Below are positions 8,452 through 16,973 of a stretch of 64,000 nucleotides of DNA, piece by piece; the first letter of the stretch is position 1; each line of letters begins with the position of its first letter. This stretch comes from a virus. Lineage: Duplodnaviria > Caudoviricetes. Location of the stretch: positions 1 to 64,000 of the IMG/VR virus record IMGVR_UViG_3300020046_010243. One strand, 5' to 3'. Made by a program: the position numbers and the translations under genes. The notes under the pieces were generated by a model, which was not told the DNA's origin, did no database searches, and was given only the letters and a program-made list of their open reading frames with translations.

Positions 8452-10134
8452 CTATTGATAGACCGAGATCACGCTACCGAGACCCGCGGGCTCATGCGCC
8501 TGCAGCCATTTCGGGCGATCGGCGATGATGTCGACCCAGAGAATCTGGAGGTGCGCGAAATCCTCGGGATCCCGCACATCGCCTTCAAGGTCGGTCAGAT
8601 AGATGACCCCTGCAACTTCCTCGCCCGCCTGCTCGAGTTCGAGCGCGTAGCGCAGCACCGGATGGAATGAAGTCCCGCCGCCGCCCTTCGCATCCTCGAG
8701 GCTCACCTGCTCCCCGGGGAGAAACTCGCGCGACCCGCGGATGCGAGAGTCGCAATACACCACATGCATCGACTTCATGCCGAAGTCATCGAGGATGCCC
8801 TGAGCGGCACGCTGCATCAGCGCAAGCGCTACATCGCTGATGCTGCCCGAGGTATCGACTCCCAGAACCATCACCTTCACCCCCGGGGCGCAGCGAGAAG
8901 GCAGATACGTCTCGCTGTAGCGGCGGTTCGGGCGCGACCAGGAATCTTCCATCGCGCATGTGGTATGCGCAAAGTCATCGACGCACTCCTTGAAGCTCCG
9001 CGGCGACTCTTGCGTCGCTCCGATCGCGCGCGCCATGCTCGCTTCGATATCGCCGCCCGCCGCCAACTGCGCGGTCATGACTGCCTGCGACCATTCGCGC
9101 TCGAGTTCAGCGAGTTGCGACTCATCCATACCGCCCTTACCGGGCGCTACTTCTGCTTCGCTGCTCCCGCCTGCATCGTCTTCGTCTTCGTCTTCGTCAC
9201 CGGGCTCGTCAGAATCGCCCGATGCATCGCCGTCGCCATCTTCTTCATCGCCGTCGCTGCTCTCTTCGTCGCCTTCGCCATCTTCGCCATCGCCTTCTTC
9301 GGCATCAGTCGACTCATTCGACGACTCCTTGCGGTCTTGCTCTTCGCCGTCCGCATCATCTTCTCCTTCGTCATCGCTGCTCTGCTCTTCGCTGGGCTCC
9401 TCTCCCGAGGCGCCTGCATCGAGGCAATCACCAGCAGCACCGGTAGCGCTTTCGCCGAGGTCGCCTTCATCGCCGTCCTCGTCTCCGTCGCTGCCTGGGG
9501 CACTCGCTCCTTCGCCCTCATCCTCGCCCGCCTCCGACTCTTGCGGCGGCTGCGACTGCTGCTCGTCCTGCGAGGGTTGCGGCTGCGACTGCTGCTCCTG
9601 CTTCTTTTTCTCTTCCTGCTGCCGCTGCTTCTCCTTCTGCTCCGCTTCCTTCTTCAAGCGCTCGGCATGCACGATCGTGTAGACCTGCTCCGCCGCCATC
9701 CCCACGAAACGCGGATCGGCGAGACCTTCGCGCTGTAGGTCGGGATCGCTCGCCCAAAGCTTGGCGAACTCGGGATCCTTCAGCAGCGCCAGATTGGTCA
9801 CATGATCGATAGCGACGTTCCAATCCTTCGGGTCGCGATCCTTGCGGCGGAAGGGATGACCGAGAGCGCAATGCGTCACTTCATGCGCGTGCACGAAGAG
9901 AATATATGCCCACGACTCGGTCACCACGAATGCGGGGTTATATCCCAGCACCACCGCATCGGTATACATCGTCGGGTGACGCCAATCCTGGCGCACCTTC
10001 AAGCGCTCAGCGAGAGCGCCGTAGAACGGATAGTAAATCTTGATATGCAGGAGCGCCTTCTGCACGATCGCAGCGGCCTCCCGCTCGACGCGCGCCTTAT
10101 CGGCCGCGCTGAGCTTCGTCGGTCTTGGTTGCAT
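8452..10134 (-). CDS. DUF2201-like metallopeptidase + acidic linker + vWA domain protein
   Basis: HAHEVTH (HExxH); long D/E/G/S linker; VDTSGSIS MIDAS, GGGGTSF, IYLTDLEG. Confidence 0.85.
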   Translation of the reverse strand: MQPRPTKLSAADKARVEREAAAIVQKALLHIKIYYPFYGALAERLKVRQDWRHPTMYTDAVVLGYNPAFVVTESWAYILFVHAHEVTHCALGHPFRRKDRDPKDWNVAIDHVTNLALLKDPEFAKLWASDPDLQREGLADPRFVGMAAEQVYTIVHAERLKKEAEQKEKQRQQEEKKKQEQQSQPQPSQDEQQSQPPQESEAGEDEGEGASAPGSDGDEDGDEGDLGESATGAAGDCLDAGASGEEPSEEQSSDDEGEDDADGEEQDRKESSNESTDAEEGDGEDGEGDEESSDGDEEDGDGDASGDSDEPGDEDEDEDDAGGSSEAEVAPGKGGMDESQLAELEREWSQAVMTAQLAAGGDIEASMARAIGATQESPRSFKECVDDFAHTTCAMEDSWSRPNRRYSETYLPSRCAPGVKVMVLGVDTSGSISDVALALMQRAAQGILDDFGMKSMHVVYCDSRIRGSREFLPGEQVSLEDAKGGGGTSFHPVLRYALELEQAGEEVAGVIYLTDLEGDVRDPEDFAHLQILWVDIIADRPKWLQAHEPAGLGSVISVYQ

Positions 10135-10151
10135 GATGGTCCTTTCTAGAT

Positions 10152-10205
10152 CGCTTGCGGAATGCAAGCGCACAAGCGCTCAGCGAAACCGCCGCTGAGC
10201 GCTTG
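10152..10205 (-). promoter_or_regulatory. double-hairpin leader element
   Basis: CGCTTGC-GGAAT-GCAAGCG plus a 13-bp second stem. Confidence 0.85.
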
Positions 10206-10220
10206 AACACTGCACTTCGA

Positions 10221-11201
10221 CTACTGCATCGTATCGGGCGGAGTGACATCCCAGGAAGCCCGCAGCGGCTTCAATGCTGCGAGGATGCTATCCGCCTTTT
10301 TCTTCGCATCGCTGCGCACCTTCTTGTCATCCTTCACCGCCCCCGGGTCGAGAGCGAGAAGGTCACGCGCGATGCTATTGCCGAGCGCCGCGATGTGCGG
10401 GTCCTGCACCACCGCATTGAGTTGCGGCAGCGATGCGACGAGCTTGCGCAGCGGCTCGAACGTCGTGCTGCGAACCTGCGCATCGGGATCGGCGAGCTTG
10501 CCTTGAAGCTCACCGACCGCCTCTTGCACCCGCTCGAACACCTCCTGCACCGCCCCCTTCAATCTGCTGCGCATTTCACCCTCGTACGCCTTCTTGATCT
10601 CGACCGCCTCATCCGCGCTGAGCTTCACGCGGAAGTCATCGGAAGAAGGAAGCGGCTCGACCAGCACGGTGAAGCGAAACCGGGAGCGCATGACATCCAT
10701 GCTCGGGTAATCGCTTTCGCGCCACATCTTGCCCAGCCTCTCCTTCTGCGCGAGGATCGCATCGGGATACTCAGCGAGAAACTCCTCGACCGCGATATAG
10801 AAGTCGCGCTCATACGCGCTCATCTTCTTCTTGTACTCGAAGAACTGAGTCACATTGAGCAGCCGCGCTCCCGAATCGCCCCAAGGCAGCGTCAGGCTCT
10901 TGTGAAACTTGCGCGCCTCGTTCGTCACCGCATTGACCTTCTTCAAGCGGTCGCGGGTCATGAACCGCTTGGTGAAGGTGCCGATCTCGCCCCGCGCCTC
11001 ATTCGCGCTGCGCAGCGCTGCGACCGACTCCTCATCCGCCCCGGTCCCATACCAACGCGAGATCGTGCTGCGAACCAGCATCGCGCGCTCATGCAGCGAA
11101 TGCGCGGTGTCTTGCTCTTGCTGCTCAGCCGGGGCGGGGATATCGATATCCCCAAGCGTCTTCCCGCTGAACGTCTTCGCTTTCGGCAGTGCTCTTGCCA
11201 T
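10221..11201 (-). CDS. DUF3150-like helical protein associated with AAA/vWA
   Basis: HKSLTLPWGDSGARLL, F..EYPD, YPS...MRSRFRF; lies between AAA and vWA genes. Confidence 0.6.
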   Translation of the reverse strand: MARALPKAKTFSGKTLGDIDIPAPAEQQEQDTAHSLHERAMLVRSTISRWYGTGADEESVAALRSANEARGEIGTFTKRFMTRDRLKKVNAVTNEARKFHKSLTLPWGDSGARLLNVTQFFEYKKKMSAYERDFYIAVEEFLAEYPDAILAQKERLGKMWRESDYPSMDVMRSRFRFTVLVEPLPSSDDFRVKLSADEAVEIKKAYEGEMRSRLKGAVQEVFERVQEAVGELQGKLADPDAQVRSTTFEPLRKLVASLPQLNAVVQDPHIAALGNSIARDLLALDPGAVKDDKKVRSDAKKKADSILAALKPLRASWDVTPPDTMQ

Positions 11202-11215
11202 GATCGCTTTCCTTT

Positions 11216-12220
11216 CTAGATGTAGTCAGCGTGAAGAGCGCAGAACGTCACGAACGCCTTGGTCTTACGCAGGGCGGGATGGGCATTCTCCACTTTCTTC
11301 GCGAACACGAACGCGAACTCCTTGCCGATGCGGCGCAGATAGGTAAACGCCGCCTCGATTTTGTTGCGGTCGACGCTCATTGCAAGCGCCGTCGCAAGCG
11401 CGTAGCTGACCGAGGGGTCGCCGCTCACCTGCGCATTCTCCGGGTCGAGGAAAATCTGGTCGAGAGTCACCAGGCTCGCCATGGTGCGCAAGAACCCAAC
11501 GAACTCATGACCATATGCCTTCCCGACTGCACCCGCGAACCACTCACCGACCAGCGTCGGGTCTTCCTTGAGCAACCCGGCCGCATCGAGGCTCTTCAAC
11601 ATATCGCTGCTGAGGTGCCACGAGCGCGGCGAAGCGAACGCCGCTTCCTTGCTGCGCGGATCGAAGCTCATCAGAGCACTCGGCCGGTAGCGAAGATACG
11701 CGATGGTGCGGTAATCGATATCTGCTGCATCGGCCCAGACCAGCCAATCGTCGAGGTTGATCTCCAGATCGACGTGCCAGAACCGATTATTCAAATGCGT
11801 CGGCATCGGCGACGTGCCTGCTGCATCGCCCAACCGATTCGAGGCAGAGCAGATCCACCAGCCCGGGGGCAGGCGATACTCTCCGATGCGCCGCTCTAGC
11901 GTCAGCATTGCCGCGACGTTCTTGACCTCGACCCGCGCCTGCGCCAACTCGTCGATGAAGAGGATGCCCTTCGAGTTCTGGTCATGCGGAAGCTCAGCCG
12001 GCGGGGCCCAATGGGTCATCCCATTGCGCTCCTTCGGCGTGCCGCGCATATCGACCGCATCCATCATCGTCAGCCTCCAGTCGAGCACCGGGAGCCCCGC
12101 GCGGGCGGCGTACTGGTGCACCGCACTACTCTTGCCTCCGCCTGGGGCGCCCCAAATCATCAGCGGGCGGTTGATGGCGTGCGCGGTCTGGAGCGTCGTG
12201 CTCAGGTGTTGCATTCTCAT
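11216..12220 (-). CDS. MoxR/dynein-related AAA+ ATPase (AAA_5)
   Basis: WGAPGGGKS Walker A, LFIDEL Walker B, ASN sensor, NNRF, SPRSW. Confidence 0.9.
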   Translation of the reverse strand: MRMQHLSTTLQTAHAINRPLMIWGAPGGGKSSAVHQYAARAGLPVLDWRLTMMDAVDMRGTPKERNGMTHWAPPAELPHDQNSKGILFIDELAQARVEVKNVAAMLTLERRIGEYRLPPGWWICSASNRLGDAAGTSPMPTHLNNRFWHVDLEINLDDWLVWADAADIDYRTIAYLRYRPSALMSFDPRSKEAAFASPRSWHLSSDMLKSLDAAGLLKEDPTLVGEWFAGAVGKAYGHEFVGFLRTMASLVTLDQIFLDPENAQVSGDPSVSYALATALAMSVDRNKIEAAFTYLRRIGKEFAFVFAKKVENAHPALRKTKAFVTFCALHADYI

Positions 12221-12256
12221 GATGTTCCTTTCTAGGTTGACCGCGATCCTCTGCGG

Positions 12257-12307
12257 CGCTTGCGAGGGCAAGCGTGCCTGCGCGCTGCGATACTCAGCAG
12301 CGCGCAG
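12257..12307 (-). promoter_or_regulatory. double-hairpin leader element
   Basis: CGCTTGC-GAGG-GCAAGCG plus an 11-bp second stem. Confidence 0.85.
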
Positions 12308-12324
12308 AACCAATGCCCTCTTAT

Positions 12325-12702
12325 CTATGCTGCGAGACGAGCGCCGCGCTTGAATGAATCAACCGGTGCGCGAAACATCTTGCCGTTCTTTTCGAACAGC
12401 ACGCTCTTGTAGCCGCTCTTCATGCCGACGACCTTGACGATCGATCCCGCATAGTGCACGTTCTGGCCGAGCATCTTTTCGTCGAGACCATAGACGCCGC
12501 ACATATCCTTGTAGCGCTGCGCCTCGGGCGACTCCCCGCTGAGCGATGCTTCCACCTTGCCGGTGAAGGCGGTCTCGGTGAACCGCACGCTGCCGAGCTT
12601 CATCGCGAACCCGTGCTTGGCTGCGACCTGCGCGAGTGCTGCATCGATTTCGATGCGAATCGATTGCAGCGTCGGGCGGTCGAACTTCTTGAGGCTAATC
12701 AT
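12325..12702 (-). CDS. hypothetical protein (start MISLKK)
   Basis: AGAAAGGAA RBS and leader element. Confidence 0.75.
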   Translation of the reverse strand: MISLKKFDRPTLQSIRIEIDAALAQVAAKHGFAMKLGSVRFTETAFTGKVEASLSGESPEAQRYKDMCGVYGLDEKMLGQNVHYAGSIVKVVGMKSGYKSVLFEKNGKMFRAPVDSFKRGARLAA

Positions 12703-12721
12703 GGTCATTCCTTTCTGGTTG

Positions 12722-12771
12722 CGCTTGCGGGAGTGCAAGCGAGGCAGCGCACCCTTGCCGGATGCGCTGCC
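12722..12771 (-). promoter_or_regulatory. double-hairpin leader element
   Basis: CGCTTGC-GGGAGT-GCAAGCG plus GGCAGCGCA/TGCGCTGCC. Confidence 0.85.
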
Positions 12772-12785
12772 GCAATGCTCACTCC

Positions 12786-13007
12786 CTACTGCATGCTGCC
12801 AAGCTCGCGGTTCGCGCTGATGATCGGGGAGCGCGCGAGTCGCTCTCGCTTCTCTTCGCTGCTGAGGTAGCGCGCGAGCGCGCCTGCCGCTGCGCGCCCG
12901 AATGCATCCGCATAGCAGCAGGTGCCCCGCTGCTCATGCTTTGCGGCTTCGCTGAGCAGCGCGCGCACCTCGGCGAGCAGCGCTTCGTTCTGCGCCCGGG
13001 TGCGCAT
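12786..13007 (-). CDS. hypothetical protein (start MRTRAQ)
   Basis: start overlaps upstream stop; GGTGGAAG RBS-like. Confidence 0.55.
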   Translation of the reverse strand: MRTRAQNEALLAEVRALLSEAAKHEQRGTCCYADAFGRAAAGALARYLSSEEKRERLARSPIISANRELGSMQ

Positions 13008-13213
13008 CAGACTTCCACCGCGCGGTAGCTGAAAGTTGCGGTGCTGTAGGGGCTCACGTTCGCTTGAAGCGTCGCGGCATGCTTTTGCGCTTCCTCGAGC
13101 GAGGCGAACTCCATCTCGACGCGATCCGTCAGATTCATCGCGACGCATTTCAGAAAAGCGCTACGCGAACCAGTCACGCCGCCCGAGACCGAACAGAGAA
13201 TCTTGAAGGCCAT
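13007..13213 (-). CDS. hypothetical protein (start MAFKIL)
   Basis: CTAGAAAGGAA RBS and leader element. Confidence 0.7.
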   Translation of the reverse strand: MAFKILCSVSGGVTGSRSAFLKCVAMNLTDRVEMEFASLEEAQKHAATLQANVSPYSTATFSYRAVEV

Positions 13214-13233
13214 AATGTATTCCTTTCTAGAAA

Positions 13234-13287
13234 CGCTTGCACCAATGCAAGCGATGCAGCGCACCGCGATCCTCTGCGATGCGCTGC
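13234..13287 (-). promoter_or_regulatory. double-hairpin leader element
   Basis: CGCTTGCA-CCAA-TGCAAGCG plus GCAGCGCA/TGCGCTGC. Confidence 0.85.
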
Positions 13288-13305
13288 CGCGCGGCACTGC
13301 TGAGC

Positions 13306-13623
13306 TTACGGCTGCACGAAGAGCGTGATGTAAGCGCCGCCGACGCCCGGCTGCAAATGATTCGGCAGCGCGTATGCGTAGCTGAAGTTCGCGTTCATCA
13401 TATATGCGCTGGTCTCTGCAACATCCTTCTTGGTCAGCGCGGCCTGCATGTAGCGCTTGATGTATGCGCAAGCTTCGCTATAGGTCATGCTCGGCGTCCA
13501 GAGAATGTGCCGAGAATTTTGCGGGCGCGCCTCAAGCGAGAACGCCCACGAGCCGCGACCGCGCGGCGTGCGCCCGTGGGAGCGCTCGAACTCGATCGTT
13601 TCAATGTCGATGGCATGCTTCAT
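13306..13623 (-). CDS. hypothetical protein (SHGRTPRGRGSWAF motif)
   Basis: CTAGAAAGGAA RBS and leader element. Confidence 0.7.
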   Translation of the reverse strand: MKHAIDIETIEFERSHGRTPRGRGSWAFSLEARPQNSRHILWTPSMTYSEACAYIKRYMQAALTKKDVAETSAYMMNANFSYAYALPNHLQPGVGGAYITLFVQP

Positions 13624-13640
13624 GATGTTCCTTTCTAGAT

Positions 13641-13694
13641 CGCTTGCGGGAATGCAAGCGTGCAAGCGCTGCGCGATGATCTGCGCAGCGCTTG
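13641..13694 (-). promoter_or_regulatory. double-hairpin leader element
   Basis: CGCTTGC-GGGAAT-GCAAGCG plus a 12-bp second stem. Confidence 0.85.
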
Positions 13695-13722
13695 ACCGAT
13701 GCACTACCTACTGCTCAGCGCT

Positions 13723-13908
13723 TTACCGCACGCGCTGCCATCCGCCCTGCGAGTAGATGCGGACGTCCTTGTGCTTGTCGAGCGACGGCTCCTTCTTCAC
13801 CGCAGCGACCAGCGCCGCATCGGGCGATTCGGCCTTGACGATCGCTTCCACATCGTGCTCGCCCTTGCTCGTCGCGACGCCGACCACCTTGAAGGATTTC
13901 TTTGCCAT
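13723..13908 (-). CDS. 61-aa hypothetical protein, paralog B
   Basis: clear paralog of 14015..14200. Confidence 0.85.
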   Translation of the reverse strand: MAKKSFKVVGVATSKGEHDVEAIVKAESPDAALVAAVKKEPSLDKHKDVRIYSQGGWQRVR

Positions 13909-13948
13909 GATTCAGTTTCCTTTCAGACTGTGAACCGGTAAGCCCGGT

Positions 13949-14003
13949 CGCTTGCGGGAATGCAAGCGTCGCAGCGCTCAGCATGCTACTCGCTGAGCGC
14001 TGC
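13949..14003 (-). promoter_or_regulatory. double-hairpin leader element
   Basis: CGCTTGC-GGGAAT-GCAAGCG plus a 12-bp second stem. Confidence 0.85.
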
Positions 14004-14014
14004 TCCAATGCACT

Positions 14015-14200
14015 CTACCGAACGCGCTGCCATCCCCCGCGCTCGTAGAAGCGCACGTCGGGATGCTTATCGAAGCTCGGCTCCTTCTTGATCGCTTCCG
14101 CGCGCGCGGCTTCAACGCTCGCCGCTTTGATGATGACCTCCACGTCACGCTCACCAACCTTCGACGCGAATGCCACGACCTTGAATGTGCGCTTTGCCAT
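14015..14200 (-). CDS. 61-aa hypothetical protein, paralog A; first gene of the leftward operon
   Basis: shares MAK..FKVV...KKEPS.DKH.DVR.Y..GGWQRVR with paralog B. Confidence 0.85.
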   Translation of the reverse strand: MAKRTFKVVAFASKVGERDVEVIIKAASVEAARAEAIKKEPSFDKHPDVRFYERGGWQRVR

Positions 14201-14221
14201 GATCTGATTCCTTTCTGGTTT

Positions 14222-14274
14222 CGATTGCGGGAGTGCAATCGGGCCAGCGCACCGCGATGTTCTGCGATGCGCTG
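14222..14274 (-). promoter_or_regulatory. double-hairpin leader element with compensatory base change
   Basis: CGATTGC-GGGAGT-GCAATCG, versus CGCTTGC/GCAAGCG in the other copies. Confidence 0.85.
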
Positions 14275-15086
14275 AACCAATGCATTCTTTGCTGCCTGGT
14301 ACAGAGGTATGAGGAATTGAAGATGCACAGAAGAGAAGTCAGTCCTGCTGCGTTTCGACCCGACCATTTCTGCAGTGCACGGCATGCGGATGCGACTAGG
14401 CGAGACTTCCGGGTTCGCGATTGCGTCTGGCGGTTAGCTGATACTACGCGCGCTATCGTTGAGGGAGCGCACTCCGCGTCATCAACCCTTCCCTGCTTCG
14501 TCGGGCGCAGCGCGTCGAGCTTGCGCGCGCTGCTCATCATCGTGCATTGGATGCTTCATGGATTGCGGGTGATTCGCTTTAACCCAAACCGCGCGCGAAA
14601 TTGCATCGTGCGCAGGCGCTGCTCTGGGGCTCCGGTCTTAGCGCTTTCATCTTCTTTTTATTTGGGGCTGCTCGGGTGCTCTGCGCGGTCGCGATGATCT
14701 GCGATGCGCAGCAATGAGCAATTAGCGCGCAGTTGCGATGATCTGCAAATGCGCGGCGCTTTTCGGCGGGAGTGTCTAGCTGGCGCTGGGAAGGGGCTCT
14801 CACCTCACGTGCACTCTGACCAGACGTTCAAAACGGGGGCGGGTAAATCGAATCATCAGACCCCGGGCGCTGGCTACACGGCCTCTCGCAGCGCTGCGCG
14901 ATGATCTGCGCTCTTCGCTGCGGCTTCGGGCTCTTCGGATCTGCTGAGATCCTCGCGGGGGCTTGACTTTCGCGTTTGAGCTTTGCTGCTTGGCTCTGGT
15001 CGCGCCCTTGCGCTCGCGACCCGCTACTCCTGACCCGCATTCGCCCTGCTACTGCTGCTGCTCTCTGCTACCTCTGCTACGCCCCC

Positions 15087-15115
15087 ATGCTATCAGAGGA
15101 AAGGGGGATAGTCAA
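15087..15115 (-). promoter_or_regulatory. sigma70-type leftward (early) promoter
   Basis: minus strand TTGACT-17 nt-TAGCAT with extended -10 TGn. Confidence 0.75.
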
Positions 15116-15126
15116 TACCGTATTTT

Positions 15127-15202
15127 CCCTTAAAAATCAAGGGCTTGCGGGGCTTTTTGGTTAACCCTAGATCCAAAAAACCCTTAAAAATCAATGGCTT
15201 AC
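15127..15202. repeat. 22-bp direct repeat pair CCCTTAAAAATCAA(G/T)GGCTT(G/A)C
   Basis: copies at 15127-15148 and 15181-15202 in an AT-rich patch. Confidence 0.8.
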
Positions 15203-15266
15203 CGGAAATGGGGACCGGTTTACGACGCACCGAACGCATGCATGTGCATGAGTCGCCCGCCGCATG

Positions 15267-16859
15267 CTACGTCCCGACCAACTCCGCCGCCGCGTCGGTC
15301 GACATCGCAAACTTCTCAGCATCGACTTTATAGCACCCGAGTTTCGCGTCGTAGCGCACGATGACTTCCGTCGGTTCCTCGAGCACGCGGACGAGCGCAA
15401 GCGCCTCCCGCGCATTCGTAGGCACCTGACTCCCGGTCAACCCACGACGCGCGAACCACCGCCGCGCCAGGTGAAGCGCACCGCCCTTGTACTCAACGCA
15501 GAGGAACTCCTTCGCTACGAAAGCGCGTCCCTGTGCATCCTCGAGTTCGTAGGTCAGGATCAGCAGGTTGGTGCCGGGGAAACGCCGCGACGGGATCACG
15601 AAGCCGTCGATGTGCTGCACTTCGGCCTCGAACGAGGATCCGTTTCGCATCGGATCTTCCGACGATGGGTCGAAAAGCTCCGGTCGGTCGCGCGGTTTCA
15701 CCTTCTTCCGGTTGCCTTCCGTCGCGGCCCGGGCCGCGGCGACCGCTTCGGGCGTCCGCATGTCGTAGGTTTCGGAGACCGCACCGACCCCACCCAGGCG
15801 CTCCAGGTTGCCTACGAAGTCGAGGAGGAGGCAGTTTTTCTTTTCGCCCGACTCCGCGACTCCCAACCGCATGCCGCGGCCGAGGATCTGTTGCCAGAGC
15901 ACATCGCTTTGCGTCGGCCGCATGGAAATAATGCAGTCGGTGCCAGGGGCGTCGAAACCAGTAGTCAGCACTCCGACGTTCACCAACGCGCGAACATCGC
16001 CCGCGCGGAAGGAAGCAATCGCATGAGCGCGTGCGTCATCGTCAGTCTTCCCGGTCACGACGACATTGCTGATGCCCTGCGCTGTCAACTCCGCAGCGAT
16101 CTCGTGCGCATGGTCGACTCCCGCGGCAAACACCAACCAAGACCGTCGCTTCCGTGCGTAGCGGCATGCTTTCGCGACCGCCGCGGGAAGAGGCAGCGTC
16201 GCCTGCACGGCCGCTGCTGCTTGTTCTGCGATGTAGTCGCCCCCGCGCGACCCGACGCCCGACAAATCCGCCTGCATTTCCGCGACAACCCCGGTCAGCG
16301 GGAGCAGGAACCCTCGCTTGATGAGCAGGCGCACATCGATCTCATGCGCGATGTGCGAGAACCATGCATCGTCGCCATCGATTAGCGATCCGGATCCATC
16401 GAGGCGCTTCGGAGTTGCGGTCAGCCCGGTGCGCTGCGCTCCCATGAAGTGCGCGAAGACCTGCGCATACATGGCTCCGCTCTTGCGGGGGCATAGATGC
16501 GCTTCGTCGATGAATAGATATCTGCGCGGCTTGCGGAAGAGAGGCAGCGAGCGCGAGACCGACTGCACCGAACCGAAGACCACCCGAGCGTTCGGGTTCT
16601 TCTCCTTGAGCTTCGCGACGAAGAAACTTTGCTCCATGTTCGGGGCGACCCGGCGCAGCGCTTTGCTGTTCTGCTCGAGTAGCTCAGCGACATGGGTCAA
16701 GACCAACGCGTCTGCATTGAGGCGTTGCAGCACGCCCGCAAGCACTAATGACTTGCCTGAGCCGGTCGGGAGTACGCATAGGGGATGCTGCTTCGCTGCG
16801 AGTGCATCGGTGATGCGCTCAACAGACTCCGACTGATAGTCACGGAGGTCTACTCGCAC
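15267..16859 (-). CDS. superfamily 2 helicase (ResIII/YejH-like)
   Basis: LRDYQ, PTGSGKS, DEAH, GLTATP, TGFDAP, QILGRGMR. Confidence 0.95.
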   Translation of the reverse strand: MRVDLRDYQSESVERITDALAAKQHPLCVLPTGSGKSLVLAGVLQRLNADALVLTHVAELLEQNSKALRRVAPNMEQSFFVAKLKEKNPNARVVFGSVQSVSRSLPLFRKPRRYLFIDEAHLCPRKSGAMYAQVFAHFMGAQRTGLTATPKRLDGSGSLIDGDDAWFSHIAHEIDVRLLIKRGFLLPLTGVVAEMQADLSGVGSRGGDYIAEQAAAAVQATLPLPAAVAKACRYARKRRSWLVFAAGVDHAHEIAAELTAQGISNVVVTGKTDDDARAHAIASFRAGDVRALVNVGVLTTGFDAPGTDCIISMRPTQSDVLWQQILGRGMRLGVAESGEKKNCLLLDFVGNLERLGGVGAVSETYDMRTPEAVAAARAATEGNRKKVKPRDRPELFDPSSEDPMRNGSSFEAEVQHIDGFVIPSRRFPGTNLLILTYELEDAQGRAFVAKEFLCVEYKGGALHLARRWFARRGLTGSQVPTNAREALALVRVLEEPTEVIVRYDAKLGCYKVDAEKFAMSTDAAAELVGT

Positions 16860-16973
16860 TGGTCAGTTCCTTTCTCGGTCGCGGTGCTGCGGGATGGTCA
16901 GGCTTGCGCTGTTCGCGCTCATTAGATTATGCTCCAACTGCCCGCTGCTTTGCGAGCACAGAAAGGATGAAAG

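Noticed and set aside
8764-9738. Long + strand ORFs (8764..9738, 8960..9682)
   Set aside because: Antisense shadows of the low-complexity acidic linker of the vWA gene.
8370-14290. Leader repeats as a CRISPR array or integron attC cassettes
   Set aside because: The repeats are separated by whole genes of variable length rather than spacers; no cas genes, integron integrase or GTTRRRY cores are visible.
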